A stretch of DNA of 64,000 nucleotides from Basidiobolus meristosporus CBS 931.73 (GCA_002104905.1 MCFE01000025.1:167037-231036); one strand, 5' to 3'. Numbered from the stretch's first letter, positions 1 to 13,279 are shown. Program-made: numbers and translations. Notes: generated by a model not told the origin, from the sequence alone.

Positions 1-1397
1 TTGTGGTAGATAACCTCTGTACCAGAGGTTTGGGAGATCCGAGATAAGAGAGCGTTCATTTCTTCGTCCTTTGGAAGTTGGACTGGCTGGCTGCTTGGGA
101 TGTTGCTTTCCAACCAAAGCCAACCGGAGAAAAGATCGCTCGTCTGGTAAAACGAGTTAGCCATGTAGTCGAGTTCTTGGTAACAGGATGAATAAGCGTA
201 CCATTTGCATGATGGCCTTCGTGGTGCGGGATACTTCAATTTCGTTTTGCCCATAGATGGTGATGTATTGGTGACTGGATTCAAAGGTAGGCAGAATGAT
301 TGAAGTGGCTGGGACAATAAAACTCTATCAATACATCGATTCTCCTAAATCCTTCAGATTCTTAGTACTGTACCGTTGTTCTGCATAACTCCAGTCAGAT
401 CAGTGTATTTAACGAGGGGTAGCCAGTCAAGCTTTCGTGGCTGCACTGTGATGTGCCTTTTGATCAAGGCCATGTTCTAAAGTGAGGTGAAAGGATTCAA
501 TGGCTGCTCAAGGGATCCCTCAAACAAACAACGAATTACCGTTTTGCTGACCGCTGCCTCAATGCGTTGTGTTGCAAGCTCGACTTTCTCCTTTTCCCCG
601 GAAATCAGGATATCCTTTGGCGGGGCTACGTTGGAGTAGCATCCTAGTAGATTTCCATAATGCAGAGGTACGTCAATCTTCACATGGAGCTCCTCTTCAA
701 GCGCCTTAAGAAAAGTATCGTTGGGGCCAGATATGATCCTTAGCATATGTGCCTCAACATTGATCACTGAAGTAAAGGCCTTGCGCTGTTCCATCAAAAG
801 CAGCTGTTCAGTCAATGGATCGCAAAGCGGAGTACGAAGAATCACTTACGCAGAAGTCTTCCTCCAGACGGACGAGATCCTGTCGAACCTTCTCAACACC
901 GTGTGGCCTGCCTTTGATCACGACCTGGCTGTTTGGTTGTTGATCAACAAACTCGATGGCGATGTCCCTGCCGCGGATGATGTCATCCACATGAAACTGA
1001 ACCTCAGGCCTCCAGTTACCGTCCTCGACCATCTCCTCGCAGCAATTCATCTTGACCTTCACTTCAAGCTAAACACAAGGCGTGTGGGTAACAATTCGTG
1101 GAGACGAGCCTAGAAAAGCAACCTTACCTCCGATGGATATTGCTGCAACAAAGAACGCTGAATGGCTAGGATTCGCGAAGTGGGGCCAGTGAGGAGGATC
1201 TGATACTGAGGTGATTTGGAATGAGCTATAGCTGGGTCGATCTCGTTAATCTCGTAGTGACATGGGGGTTCAACCAAAGTGTCGCACAGTTGGGTAAGTC
1301 TCGTTAGGGTAAATCCATTGGATTCAACCTCAGTGTTGGATTGATGACGGGTCAACAGGGGCTGAACTAAGCAGAAGGCAACTGAGGAGTATTCCAT
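1..1397 (-). CDS. Multi-KH-domain RNA-binding protein (Mug60-like), spliced, runs off the left edge
   Basis: Successive minus-strand ORF pieces (1110-1496, 808-1062, 477-845 and unlisted exons below 470) are separated by short introns. KH-like segments include 'MLRIISGPNDTFLKALEEELHVKIDVP...ILISGEKEKVELATQRI' and 'QILLTGPTSRILAIQRSLL'. Probable ATG at 1397 (MEYSS). Confidence 0.55.
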
Positions 1398-2303
1398 GGT
1401 AGGGTAACTGGGCAAAGTGCAAGGGAGGAGTAGGAGATATACTTTATTGAAGAGAGATGACGAGGTTTCTGTTGTCAGGGGAGATCGACCCCACACTTAT
1501 ATATCAGGCTGGTTGACGTCTAAACAACGATAGAATAACTGTTGGTGTGCCTGCTTCAGAATCATAACAATTATAAAATGGAGCAAAGTGCAAACAACGG
1601 AGTGTATCGAAGCAAAGATCAAACATCAATGGGTTATTCTCCTTGGATTCATGGCAATGCGAGCATTATTCCATGTTTTCCTCATTATCCACTTCCCGCG
1701 CCTGGTTGTCGCCATTGTGCGAATACCGATCATTATTCATCAGCTCGGGATTGGAACATAGCCCGTGTTCCAAAACGGCCCCAACGTTGTTTCAGGACAT
1801 GCAAGGTCCTCAAGACGGGAATTTTTGGATCATCTATGTGTTTCTTGGGAGCGGGTCACACGATCGGCATACTCGCACCTCAACCACCAAACAATCACAA
1901 AATCAGGAAATATCTCCACAAATATCAATTGCTTAATGAATGTTTAATTACACAAGCTCACTGCATTGTCAATCACCCCCCCCCCTCCTTCCCCGCCCGA
2001 TCTGATCCATCAACTGACAATGTACGTTCATTAGTGATCATCAACTACTCCGTCCCCATGCAGGCTGACGACAGAGTCCAACAAGTTAAAACATCCTTGG
2101 ATGCGTGCACATCAAACAAACATTGGCTATTCTGATTGGCACCGGAGTTCGAAACTTTATTACGGTTTGCTATTTTTGAATTAAGGTTTTGCTTAGCCTC
2201 AGATAAATTAGAAATATACCCTTTCGAGTGGGGATGTCGTACGTCATAAGACGAATACACTCCTGCTTGTCGCTTATTGTTGAGTGCTACGTGGCTGCTC
2301 TTT

Positions 2304-5300
2304 CTAATTTGCCTTGTTGGGATTCCAAATCTTTCCATTGCCGCCACGCCCACGGTTGTTGCCCCGACCTCTATGAGGTTGACGATAGTCCGAAGGATTT
2401 CCTCTATCTTGGTGGTTTTGCGGATGGGGTGCCGTATGGCTGTTCGGTCCATAGCCGGGATGTGGGCGTCCTCTAGAAGGATACTCACCTCGACCTCTTC
2501 CACGCTGAGGAATGAACTGGCTTGGATAGGGAGTCACATTACGATTAGGACTTGGCCCCGAGTTGTTTGGTCGGTATTGGGGATTGTGGTGGTGATTACG
2601 GTGCTGCTGTGGCGAAGAGTCATGAGATGGTCCGTCTGATTGCATTTTTGCCACGTCGCCTATTTGTGGGCGGTTAAGGTTAAGGATGGCGTGGCATGGA
2701 ACAGTCATACCACGATGAGCTGAGCATCTTCCTCCCAGGTCATTGCCGCTGATGAAAGTGTGGTCGAACACGACATCGACACTAGTGTCCAATACTCCGA
2801 CAACAGTTCCTTTGCTTGTCATTGGAACTTTACCCGAGTCCAACACATAAGCTACTCGGTCACCTAGGCTGAATTTCTGTTCACCAAGCCCATGAATAGC
2901 ATCGGCTGGCTTCAGGACTGCCTTACGGGGGATGTTTTTGATCAGAACGGACTTAATCTCACTGTTGCTTTTGACGTATTGGTCAGCATGACTCTCAACC
3001 AACATGATGGACTCTCTATCCAGAGCTTCCGTTTCAAGGGGAACTCTCTCTAAATCATCACATCCCAGGGACTTGATCCAACTCTTAATCTCTTGCATCT
3101 TCTTCGGGGCTTCCTCTTGGGGATAGAAATCGGTTGCATAATAAAGATCAGCATTCTTTCGCTGCTCCAAACCTTGGATAAATTGAGGGAATTTGGCTTT
3201 GTATTCTTCAAGCATCACGATCGCCTTGTGAGTAAATTCCCATCCTTTGTTGGTTTTTCTGGAATATCCCAAGACTTTTTGCTTCTTGCCTTCGAACTTC
3301 AGATTCAAACCAAGGTTGATTTGTTGTTCACCTACAATTACGCGCATGCTCGAAGTCAGTCTACTCAGGATAAGATTAGAGAGCCCCAATTTCTTGCTGA
3401 TGATGAAGCTTGGAGTATAGTTGATGTTGCGCAGGTAGTTAAAGGCAACTAGTTGACCAAAGACCGGCTCCCGTCCGCCGGTTGCTGTTGAAGTGTTCAT
3501 TTTGATGCTAACCCCAGTCGGGGAGTTTTCCGATATGACTGCCGGTGAACCGTAGTAAAGCTTGCCTAAGAAGAACACTGGCGTTCCAACTGGGAACTCC
3601 TCCGAAACCGGGATGGGGGGTCTTTCTTGGAAACGAGGATCCTCAAATTCCACTTGAGTAACCATAGTTTGCAAAGGGAACTCCTTTTCATCCCCAGGCT
3701 TGGCGTACTCTTTAACTAGGGCTCCATCCTCGGTACGGCAGAGTCCCTTGAGTAACAAAACATGAGCAATCATATTAACCGATCCGAATAATACGCCGCG
3801 ACGCTTGCTAAATTTGTGCTCCAGCGCTTTAGCCCGTTTAGTCCAGAAGGAGATCATATCGGGCTCATGTGGAGTTTTGATCATGGCCACCTTACCGGAA
3901 CGTTCAACGAACTCGTATTTGAAGAATTCATCGGTTAAATAAGAGAGCTTAGCCTCCACCAAGAATGGCCAGCTGACGAAGATCTTCTTACTGAGGAACT
4001 GATTGGCGATTGCGTCTGCAGATTGATGCTCATAGATATCTTGCAAGGTAATCACCATGGTCTCATTGCGACTATCAGAATTGAACACATTGACGCCATG
4101 CAATGTGAGGGATCCTGAATGGGGTATGGTATCCAATGTAGGGAACCCTGCCATGGTGTGGATGCCAAGGCCTGCACCTTTACAGAGACCTTTGTTCAAC
4201 ATGGATTCATCGGCTTCGGGAAGGTTATAGACAGTCATCATGCATTGGCATCGAACGATATCAGGGAAGATTCCGGGCAATGAAGAAGGATAAGTCTCGT
4301 CCCGATTCTTGTCGTAGCTGAAAATGTAGTTTTCGCCAAAAGCATTCCTTTGGCGCTCTTCTTCCGTTAAACGATGCTCTCTTGTCCTCATTGCCTGGAG
4401 CAATCTCTCTTGATCGATGAAGGGGATTTTGACTACAGCCTCCCAGTCTGCCTTCTTGCCGTTCATGTCCAATGAAAAATCAGTAGGATAGAAGTCGATA
4501 ATTGGCGAATTGGGGTCAGACATCAATTCTCTATAAGCCATGGGGATATGCTTCTTGGACGCTTCAGGCAACACACCCATGAGCTGCTCATATGGTCTGA
4601 AAGGAGTGCCCATTTCAAACTTCAATTCGAAACGGGTCAGATCCTTGAGATCTGAAATCATCGGAGCATAGTGGAAGGGAAAGAACCAACCCCATGAGCA
4701 GATCCCGTTGTAGTAGTAATTCAATACCCACTGCAGTCCCTCTACGTAGCTCTTGATTAGTTTGTCCATATTTTCTTTGTCATCCAGGTCAAATTCGAAT
4801 TTTTCACGGTAGTAATACGACTTCCATTCTCGGTATTTCTCCTCGAACCTGGCCTTTTCATCTGCTTCCATTTGTGCTGCTGAGTCATCGCTGACAATCG
4901 CCGCATCGTATTTCTTCAATGCTGGAGCCTCGGTATCTGTTTCTTCGTCGTCTTCTGTATCGAACTCGAGATAAGCATGTCTAGTCTTAAGATCGTCATG
5001 GAACTCTGTGGCATAAAGTAATCCCAAGTCCTTGGCTACCGACTGGATGAATCCACGGTCTTTCGCTGGCAAATCAGGTGAGAAGTGCAATGACTCCTGG
5101 TTACGAAGAACATAGAACTTCTTGATTTCCTCGTACAGCTCCTTTTGCTTGGCAGTAATAACTAAGGGATTTGTGGGTTAATAAAAGCACGGCCATGTAC
5201 AATCAACTACCGCCACTAACATAGTTCTCCCTTGGCTTTTTTCTTCAGCTTCTCTTGTTCGGTACTAATGGTTTTCCCGCGATACCAATTCAAATCGGCA

Positions 5301-6808
5301 AATTGCTCTTCAAACAAGTCTCTCTCGAAATCGTGGAGATAATTGAGTAGAATCTGAAGACGCTCAACGTTCATTCGGCCACCATCGTTGATATAACCGC
5401 CTGCGGATATAGAAATATCACATTAGAGTCGAGCTCGCAAGCATGATAGTGTACCAGGATCTTACCCGCGTGCATAATTGCCTTTTTGTAGACATTAAAC
5501 ATGAGGGATAACGCTCCTTCCGCGATATGTAGATGAGGAAGGTTGGGCAAGAAATCGTTCCCGACGAAGAAAGCCATCAGCACAAAATCATCAATGATCT
5601 TCTCGAGGTCGTACGGGAAAGGAAGCTCCTCTTTGAGAGAGGAGAACTCAAGTTCAAGGTATTCGCGAAGTAGTGAGAGATGCATTAGGTAGAAATTCTG
5701 CGACTCCAAGCTGAAAAATTGGCGATTTAGCGCATTCAGTGATGAAACTGTATGAAGGAGGGTATAGTTACGTTTGCTTCTTCTTATGGCGACTAGGCCC
5801 GAATGTCACCTCCTCTCTCAACAATGCAAAATGAGGCTCATGGCTGAGCAGGCCCAGCATAATTAAATCAGCATCCAGCCCATACAAACAGTGGCGAACA
5901 TTAGGGTCATAATCAGGCTGCGCCTTGGTCATTCTAATATACTCCATGATTTTGTGCTCGCCTTCACCAGGGACCTAGTATTGAATGTGAATACGCGTCC
6001 ATTGCGCAAATCAAGTAAGTGGGATATACTTCGTGGCCGGATAAGATGACTTGGATTCCTCTCCAGTTAGCATCCTCAGTAACCTTCTTATTCACGAAAT
6101 ATTTCAGATGGCGTGTCAAGCCTGCCATGAAGGGAGTTCCTATTGGGATATCAAATCCGTTAGCTTAAGAAAATTGTTACAAGGCAACCAAATGTGGGGC
6201 ACTTGCCTGGTGTGATACAATTACTATCGAACGGCTCTTCAGTAGGTAACTCTTCACCATTTGCTTCCGCCTTTTTCCTGGCCGCGGCCGCATCCTTGGC
6301 GGTACGAAAACGTCTGGAGCGCTGTTGGTTCATTTTAGCTCTTGGCGCGACACCTGTTTTGTAAAGGTATGATAGAATGTCAGCGACGCTCCAACGGAAC
6401 TAGACAATAAAATAGGACGAACCGTCAATAGCCATGAAGAAAACTTTACGCGGCTTGATCTTCAGGAAAAGATGATCAATGTAGTTGAAAATATCAATGA
6501 ACATTTGCGCTTCGGTTAGACGGAAATGTGGATCGCCATCTTTAGGGTGAGTGCAGTTATGGATAATGCCATTCATATCCAAATACAAATTGTCTATGGT
6601 AAAACACCTTAGCAACAGACTAGACCAGGTTACTCTTGTGAGACGGAAAGTTACCAAATTCAGGGATTCTACTCTCATTCACTAGCTGACTGCATAGTGG
6701 GTATCTTTCGCTATAGTTAGGAAAGGGTCTGTTAATAACTTCTCATAGGTGATAGTGGAGTGGGATGCATACATACCTCATCCATCTAAAAAATTTAGGG
6801 ATCCCCAT
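2304..6808 (-). CDS. XRN1: 5'-3' exoribonuclease 1, multi-exon, with H/Q/N/RGG-rich low-complexity C-terminus
   Basis: ATG at 6808 gives [10 protein letters not shown]. Motifs [101 protein letters not shown]. Stop TAG at 2304-2306. Confidence 0.97.
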
Positions 6809-7316
6809 AGTGTTATGTATTTACGGGAAAGAAACGAGATAAAATATATAACAAAAGAAAGTCAAGAAAGCAAGGTTTGTAATAGCTATGAAAACTCTAA
6901 TATCTTGAGCCTATGTCTTTAAGCAAGTGTCGTTATCTTCAGTCAGTAAAACTTGTCAGTCTATTAGCAATAAGTTCAGCTGATTGGAGCAGACTGATTA
7001 TAAGCTAACGAATGTGACGCGCGAATCAATGAATTGAAATAGATTAGAAAAAAATGGGAATACGTATTCGATCGGACAATAATGCTTCACTCCTAGATCT
7101 TGTTTCAAGTACCTACAGTGGATTGCGGGTTGCTGGTTGTGGGTTGGATCGGTGCCACTACTGTACCATCGATTAAATCCACGTAGCTGACCCGTTTGAC
7201 GGGTGTGGTTGGATTTGTTGATGACCAAGTATTTCTGTTGCCCAATTCATCAACAAACTTCATGATGTGTCACAGATACACGTATAAAAACACCGATTTC
7301 GAATGGACATGATTCA

Positions 7317-8277
7317 ATGCCCAAACGTTCTTTGCAACTGAAGGAGCGGATTCCAGTTTACCGTGAATACGAAGTCTGCTGTCAGGAACTTCGCCCTCCT
7401 GCGAGAAGATACTCCGTTACCAGCGACATAGTGATTCCGAAAGAGAGAAATGTATCTAGTTTCATAAGAGCCGCAAGATAACCCAATAGTAACCACTTTT
7501 GCAGGAAATCCATTTACGTTCGTTACTTGGGAATAACCCCGGTCTGGAGGGAATCCCAGTCCCGAAGGTTTACGCCCTTCCTTTACATGATGCATTCCCG
7601 TCCAAGAGATTTTCCCTGCCTAAAGAATTTATAACATACAATCGCCCAGAAATTCCTTCCCATTTAGAATACAATTTAAATGAACATGATGAGCAATGGT
7701 TGCATAAATTGAACACTCAGAAATCCATCAACCGCTTGAATGAATCCGATTTTGAATCAATGATGGCTATACTTGAACAATCCAACCCGGCCAAGGTATG
7801 CCACATAAAGATATTCGTTTCCCGGTACCTTGTCCAACAGATAGTCAAGTTCCAGGATATAACTCGCCAAAGTGTTGCTTTGTTTTCTCACCCAAAGGCA
7901 TACAACGTCTTCAAATATTGGAGGTATTGCAAACAGACACGCGAGGGCCACATTTCTCCCTGTTTGAAGGTAACACAACATCTGTGTCGTGTGTCTGCGA
8001 AGCTACTGAATGTTGGCTCTAGACAACCGATGCAGGCGGTCCTTCTAATCCATACGTATGTTTCCGAGCAACATCCCGCAAGCATCTCAAGGATTCCCAA
8101 CAAGCATGCGACAGTGCAGGAACTAGTACTTTTTTGGAGAACAGGGGATCAGGCCCTAAACGAAGTAGACCTGACCCATTAGAGGAATTGGAGGCGTTAA
8201 GACGTGGAATGCAAGAAGCGAAAATGACTTTACTAAGATTGAAGAATGCAGTGTGCAATTTTAATAGAAATGATTAA
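7317..8277 (+). CDS. Short Enhancer-of-polycomb-like (EPL1/EPC N-terminal domain) protein, about 3 introns
   Basis: Spliced product MPKRSLQLKERIPVYRE...ERN|EIHLRSLL...IPVPKV...FSLPKEFI...EYNLNEHDEQWLHKLN...FESMMAILEQ...VFKYWRYCK...NPYVCFR. This follows the order of EPC/Epl1 motifs. Stop TAA at 8275-8277. Confidence 0.7.
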
Positions 8278-8305
8278 ACTTGATGGAAATGAGACGCAGA
8301 ATATT

Positions 8306-10652
8306 CTACATATTAATTATGACAAGGTGGTAGGATACAATGAAATAGAGCAACACACCGGAGGCAATAAGGACTTGCAAAAACCATGTGTGCTGAGCTT
8401 TGTATCCTGGGATCTCACCCCACCACCAGAACAAATGCTGAGCAAACGCCACTGTGATCATTAGAGATACGAATGGAGCCATGAATACCAGGCGGTACTC
8501 TAGCGGAAGTCTGTGATGACTGATCAAGTTTAACATGCCGAAGTGATAGGCAAGGTATCCAGCTAGCACCACGAAGATCAAGTACGACCAGGCCAAAATA
8601 CCAGGCACATGAGGGAGCAGTTGGAATGACTTGTTGTTTTCTGTCTTCTCGTAGTCATCAACATTGGCGTTATCCGGAATTACATATTTCTTCTGAAGCT
8701 CCAGCAGACGCTCTTTCTTTCTTTTTTCCTCCACAATCTTGTTTTGGATGTCTTCCGGAGCATCGTCCTCTTTCTCGTCATCAGAATCCTTGGCCTTGGT
8801 AGGCTTTTTAGTTTTCTTACTCTTTGTACCGTTGATTTTCTCGTTGCCGACCTTCAGCTTCTTTTGATCGTTCTGGGGTTTTTTGATGAGACTATATACA
8901 TAGTATATTGCCTGAATAACAATAACGCCAAAGGCGAGAGCAAAAATACTAAGTTGTACGGTCTTTGTCTCGTAAAATTCAATCATCTCAAAAGCAACAG
9001 GCAGATCGAAGGCACCAGCATACAAGAAAGTAGCAGCACCCATCTCACGGTCATATTTGAAGCTGAAATATTGTTTGCTCATATGACCGGGGGTAACGGG
9101 TTCGATGACTTTGAAGGTATGTCTAGCAACCTCTAGTAGTTTGATTTCTCTTGCTCCGAATAGAGGTTCTAATGCCTCGGGAATGATTACACCAAGAGTG
9201 TTGTTTGGATATCCCTTGATTTCTATCTGTTGGGTTAGAGTGGCAAGCTTCTCGAAAGTGGAGTGAGAGCTACCAACAGGTCTGTAAGTGGCCTCATACA
9301 CATATGCGCGATCATCCCAATGAGGCACAACCTTGAAGAATTCGGGGTCGTAATGGTTTTCAGGTTCGCTTAATTCAAAGAAACGATCGAGGAACCCTCG
9401 ACAAATTGTTTGCGAGTCTGGATATTATTTGTGTTGTACGACACGAATATACCTAGATTTTGCTCCGGGAAAAGTGAGAGCTGGCTACTTTGGCCAACGG
9501 TATCACCTCCGTGTGAGATCATTCTTAAGCCTGGCCCGTATGCTGTCTCGAAAAAGCCATAGCAAGTGCCATCTGCAATAGCACTTGGTGAAAATTGTCG
9601 TGAATGCATCAGGTCTATCGTGGCAGGGTCAAGTATGCGCTGCTCTTCAGAAATGGCCCCATGGTTGAGATGAGCAATCATAAATTTGGTCATGTCATCG
9701 GCGGTGGATACCAAAGAGCCGGCAGGAAGAAGCGAAATATACAGCTCAGGAGATCTATCGAATTGGCCGGTTTTGTGGTTTTTGTCGTAGTTAACGGCCA
9801 GCTTGTATTTTCCGGATGATCTGATTTTGACCATGGTAGGGTCGGAGGCATTGTGCGGGGCAAAAGTCGTAGCATCCATTCCTAATGGGTCCAAGACGTT
9901 AAGGCGGACATATTCAGTGAATGGAAGATTGGATATCTTGCTGATGGCATGCCCTAATAGAGTGTACCCATGATTAGAGTAAGCTTGAGTCTCGTTAACA
10001 TCCCTAACTCTAAGTGGGAAATGCTCGAGTGCTGGCAACAATGAGGATGGTATCTGGAAACAAAATTTAGTATCAATGCTTCGATTGAATAGGCGATGTT
10101 GACAGTTACATTTTGGGGCTTGTTGGTAACAATACCAAGCATTTTGGTGTCTAATCCAGATGTATGCGTCAGCAGGTTGGAGGCTGTGACATTCTTCCGG
10201 TAGTTGTTGCTAAAGAGTACGAATTCCTGGGCCTTGTCTTCATCTTGAAGGTAATAATTGATATTGTTGTCCAAATCTATCCGGCCCTGCTCGTAAAGCT
10301 GCAATAATGATGTCGCGGTAAAGGTCTTGGAGATGGAGCCCACTTGAACAATCGTGTTTGAAGGGTCGGCGGGAGATTTTGACTCAAGATCGGAGTAGCC
10401 ATAGCCGGCTGTGAAGATGACCTTCCCATCCTTGACTACAGAAACTACAGCACCTGGTAATGACATGTTAATTCCACTGAGCATCTGTGAGGTATCGTAG
10501 GAATACTTACCAGGAAGTTGACCCTGTTTTATCAGCTGGCCAAAAAATTCGTCAGCATAACTTTTGACCTCTTCCTTGGAAATCTCTCGGGCGGCAGTTA
10601 GACTGAGCGCCAGAGACCCAAGAGTGATTGCGGAAGATAAACGAAAGATCAT
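8306..10652 (-). CDS. Secreted/membrane-anchored beta-lactamase-family (class C / peptidase S12-like) serine hydrolase; 2 introns and one apparent frameshift
   Basis: Signal peptide MIFRLSSAITLGSLALSLTAA. Motifs SxxK (GSISK), LLTHTSG, YxN (YSNHGY) and HxG (SHGGD). C-terminal hydrophobic segments. Introns near 10460-10520 and 10055-10110; frame change at 9393-9394. Confidence 0.85.
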
Positions 10653-11296
10653 CTATCCTTATATCTAAAACGGCGAATTGGTAATCGTATTGGTGTTTGA
10701 TATTGACAGGATTTTAACGAATATTTGACAACGTCAACTTTATAAATGCGTTAGCAAAGATCAAAACAGTCACGTTTCTCCTCGCATATATACGGGAAAA
10801 GTAACACGTACGAATGGTAGCACGATAGAATACCTTTGATTGGAATTAGGTTGAATTGAATTGAATTAGTATACAGATACTTTCGGAGTAGTTGACCATT
10901 ACCATATTAATTGATAACTTGCTCCAAATTTGCAATCCGATTCCTCTGGAGCAACCGAATATTTGTAATAAATGAAGTATATTCCTTTACAATTGTCACA
11001 AATTGGTATACAATACGCCCGGTAGCAACAGAGTCGTTTAATTTAGGACTAATATGGTTAAATGAACTTACACCAATAAGTAATGTGTGAATTGTATTCC
11101 ACATCGCTGAAGCACAAGCGTACCTTAGGTTTGTTCATCTTTTGACGATTTTAATCCATTATAGTTGTTTAGTTTAATTCCAGGTTATCAGTAGCTTGGT
11201 TTGATCATGTAGTTTCTACCACACTGAACTTATGATCGTTTGCTAACGGTACAAAGTGCCACACCACTCTGGAATTGTTTTTCATGAGGTATTGCT

Positions 11297-11959
11297 ATGA
11301 GTTCGGAATTACCACAACAACAAATCATCTCTTTACTATCCAAACTTGATTCTTTATGTCGACAATGGAGTACTCAACAGGCATTCACAAGTTCTTTATT
11401 CTCTTCGTTGATTAACCTTCTTACTCAGCGAGACGAAACGCTTTCTATGTTGAGCAAGCAACAGGAGACTGGATCAAACAGAAATCTACGAGTGCTAAAG
11501 AACCCTTCACTTTTGCCTTACAATGTTCTTGAGAGTTTGGTATACAAACAATCAGTAGAGCTTGAGAAGATTCTTTCCCAGCTCCATCAGTCGATAAATG
11601 GTTTTGAAAAATCGGCAAAATCCATGGCACAACTGAAGAATTCCCTGAACAAGATGCTTTCGTCAATCCCAAGCAATGGGCTAGAAAAGATTACACAAAG
11701 CAAGCAGGACCAGAATGTAGCTGCGATCACTCTTCTGGAGGTTGCCAACTGGATAGTTTCAGTAGAAGGGATGTATTCGAAGGAATTACAGGTTAAAATT
11801 CACATAATAAGAACGCTAGACATACGTCAATTGAGAGAGGTAGAAGATGTCGCCATCCGCTGGAATTCACAGGCGCATATAAGGTTTGATGTTGAGGAGG
11901 AATTCTCAGAACGACTAAAAATATGCAAGATAATCGAAGAATACATTTCCTTAGAATAA
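11297..11959 (+). CDS. Conserved helical protein, possibly C1orf109/AIRIM-like (AFG2-interacting ribosome maturation factor family)
   Basis: Intronless 220-aa ORF. Spacing of W...SSL..L, KQ..ELE..L..L, EVANWI..VE..Y..E...K, and a W near the C-terminus recalls the C1orf109 family. The ORF is solid; the family call is from memory. Confidence 0.5.
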   Translation: MSSELPQQQIISLLSKLDSLCRQWSTQQAFTSSLFSSLINLLTQRDETLSMLSKQQETGSNRNLRVLKNPSLLPYNVLESLVYKQSVELEKILSQLHQSINGFEKSAKSMAQLKNSLNKMLSSIPSNGLEKITQSKQDQNVAAITLLEVANWIVSVEGMYSKELQVKIHIIRTLDIRQLREVEDVAIRWNSQAHIRFDVEEEFSERLKICKIIEEYISLE

Positions 11960-12142
11960 AGTGCTACATAGAGCGAATTCATCGAGCTACATGGACTTGG
12001 ACATTGCAATTTAGGGGATTTATTGAAGTGATATTTCTAAGTCTTGGTTCAACTCAATCAGATGTAGTGAGAGGGTTTAATACTCAATCGGGCCCCTGAT
12101 GTCGCTGGGAGCCACACATACAGGCTTTCTTCGGGGTACAGT

Positions 12143-12822
12143 TCATTTGTTCATACCTTCCAAATCTTTAGGGCCGAAGTACTCTGGTAGCAGCTCCTTG
12201 AGTGTCATTGTCTTAGCAGTGCGGTCATGTCGGACTAAGAGGACCAATAAGTCCGTTCCAAACTCAGCCATGAATTGGCGGCAAATACCGCATGGTGTTG
12301 GGTAGGTATCTACATCACTATATTTGAAGTTCTATTTTAATTAGTGGGCTCTTAAAAATAATGACTTGGTTCTGGTCTTACGTAGATGCCGCAATAGCAA
12401 TAAACTTTCTGTGACCCTCACTCTAAAACAGATAAGATTATATGTTAATAAGTGGGTTATTAAATACCAGCACAAAACCACTCAACATACTATTGCTTTT
12501 TGGAAAGCACACCGTTCAGCACAAACACCAGCACCAAAGGAGGCGTTTTCAATGTTGCATCCTGAAGAGGGATTTACATGACTTTAGTTCTGAAGTAGCG
12601 GTAGTGAGATCGCAGGAATTACCCTTGAAATATTCGTTAGTGTCAGTTAACAACGCAGCGCCGACGCGGAATTTCGAGTAAGGGCAATATGCGTAGTTAC
12701 GGGCTAGTTTCTTGGATGAGGATGAATGGGGCAAGAGAGATGGCAAAGAATGAAGGCTTACCATCAAGGGACATGTCAATGAGGGTATCCTCCTGCTCTT
12801 TGGTTAGTTGAATGTTAGACAT
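12143..12822 (-). CDS. CDD1: Cytidine deaminase (homotetrameric type), multi-exon
   Basis: MSNIQLTKEQEDTLIDMSL|..AYCPYSKFRVGAALL..G|CNIENASFGAGVCAERCAFQKAI|..PTPCGICRQFMAEF..TLKELLPEYFGPKDL. Zinc motifs CAE and PCxxC are intact. Confidence 0.93.
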
Positions 12823-13084
12823 GATGCGGGTATTGTATTTTGGTTTGGGTACAAGCAAAAAGTGTCCGCGGAGTGAGCATTAACGAGCAATTTATAGGTT
12901 TATGCGGAATCACATTTAGCCATGGTGAGAGTAAGCATTGTATTTCCAATCTTGAATGGCCATCATTAATCATGGATAACCTTCAATCCAACCTACACTG
13001 AAACGGTGGGTATTGGCTGTATTTGATGTGGCTTCCATCCATCAGCATCATAGTTTGATGTACAAGCCTTTTCCCATTTATAGA

Positions 13085-13191
13085 CAGAAATAACATGATT
13101 CTAAGCAATGTTAATAAATCGCAGCAAGCGTTCATGGCAGAAATAACATGGTTCTAAGCAATGTTAATAAATCGCAGCAAGCGTTCATGGC
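13085..13191. repeat. 53-bp tandem duplication (2 copies, 1 mismatch)
   Basis: cagaaataacatg(a/g)ttctaagcaatgttaataaatcgcagcaagcgttcatgg occurs at 13085 and 13138, downstream of the SGNH gene. Confidence 0.95.
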
Positions 13192-13279
13192 GATTGTGAT
13201 TACTGAGTTTTAGTTGGGTGTTCAAAAGATTGTACAGGTGTCGATGATTCAATGGGACTATGTATAGAAAGAAGTATAA

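Noticed and set aside
1542-2135. 197-aa plus-strand ORF between the KH gene and the XRN1 3' end
   Set aside because: No recognisable motif, and overlapping frames are equally open. It may be an orphan gene or UTR but cannot be supported without RNA data.
2045-2503. Alternative-frame ORF overlapping the XRN1 C-terminus
   Set aside because: Arises from the low-complexity RGG tail; XRN1 has its own stop at 2304.
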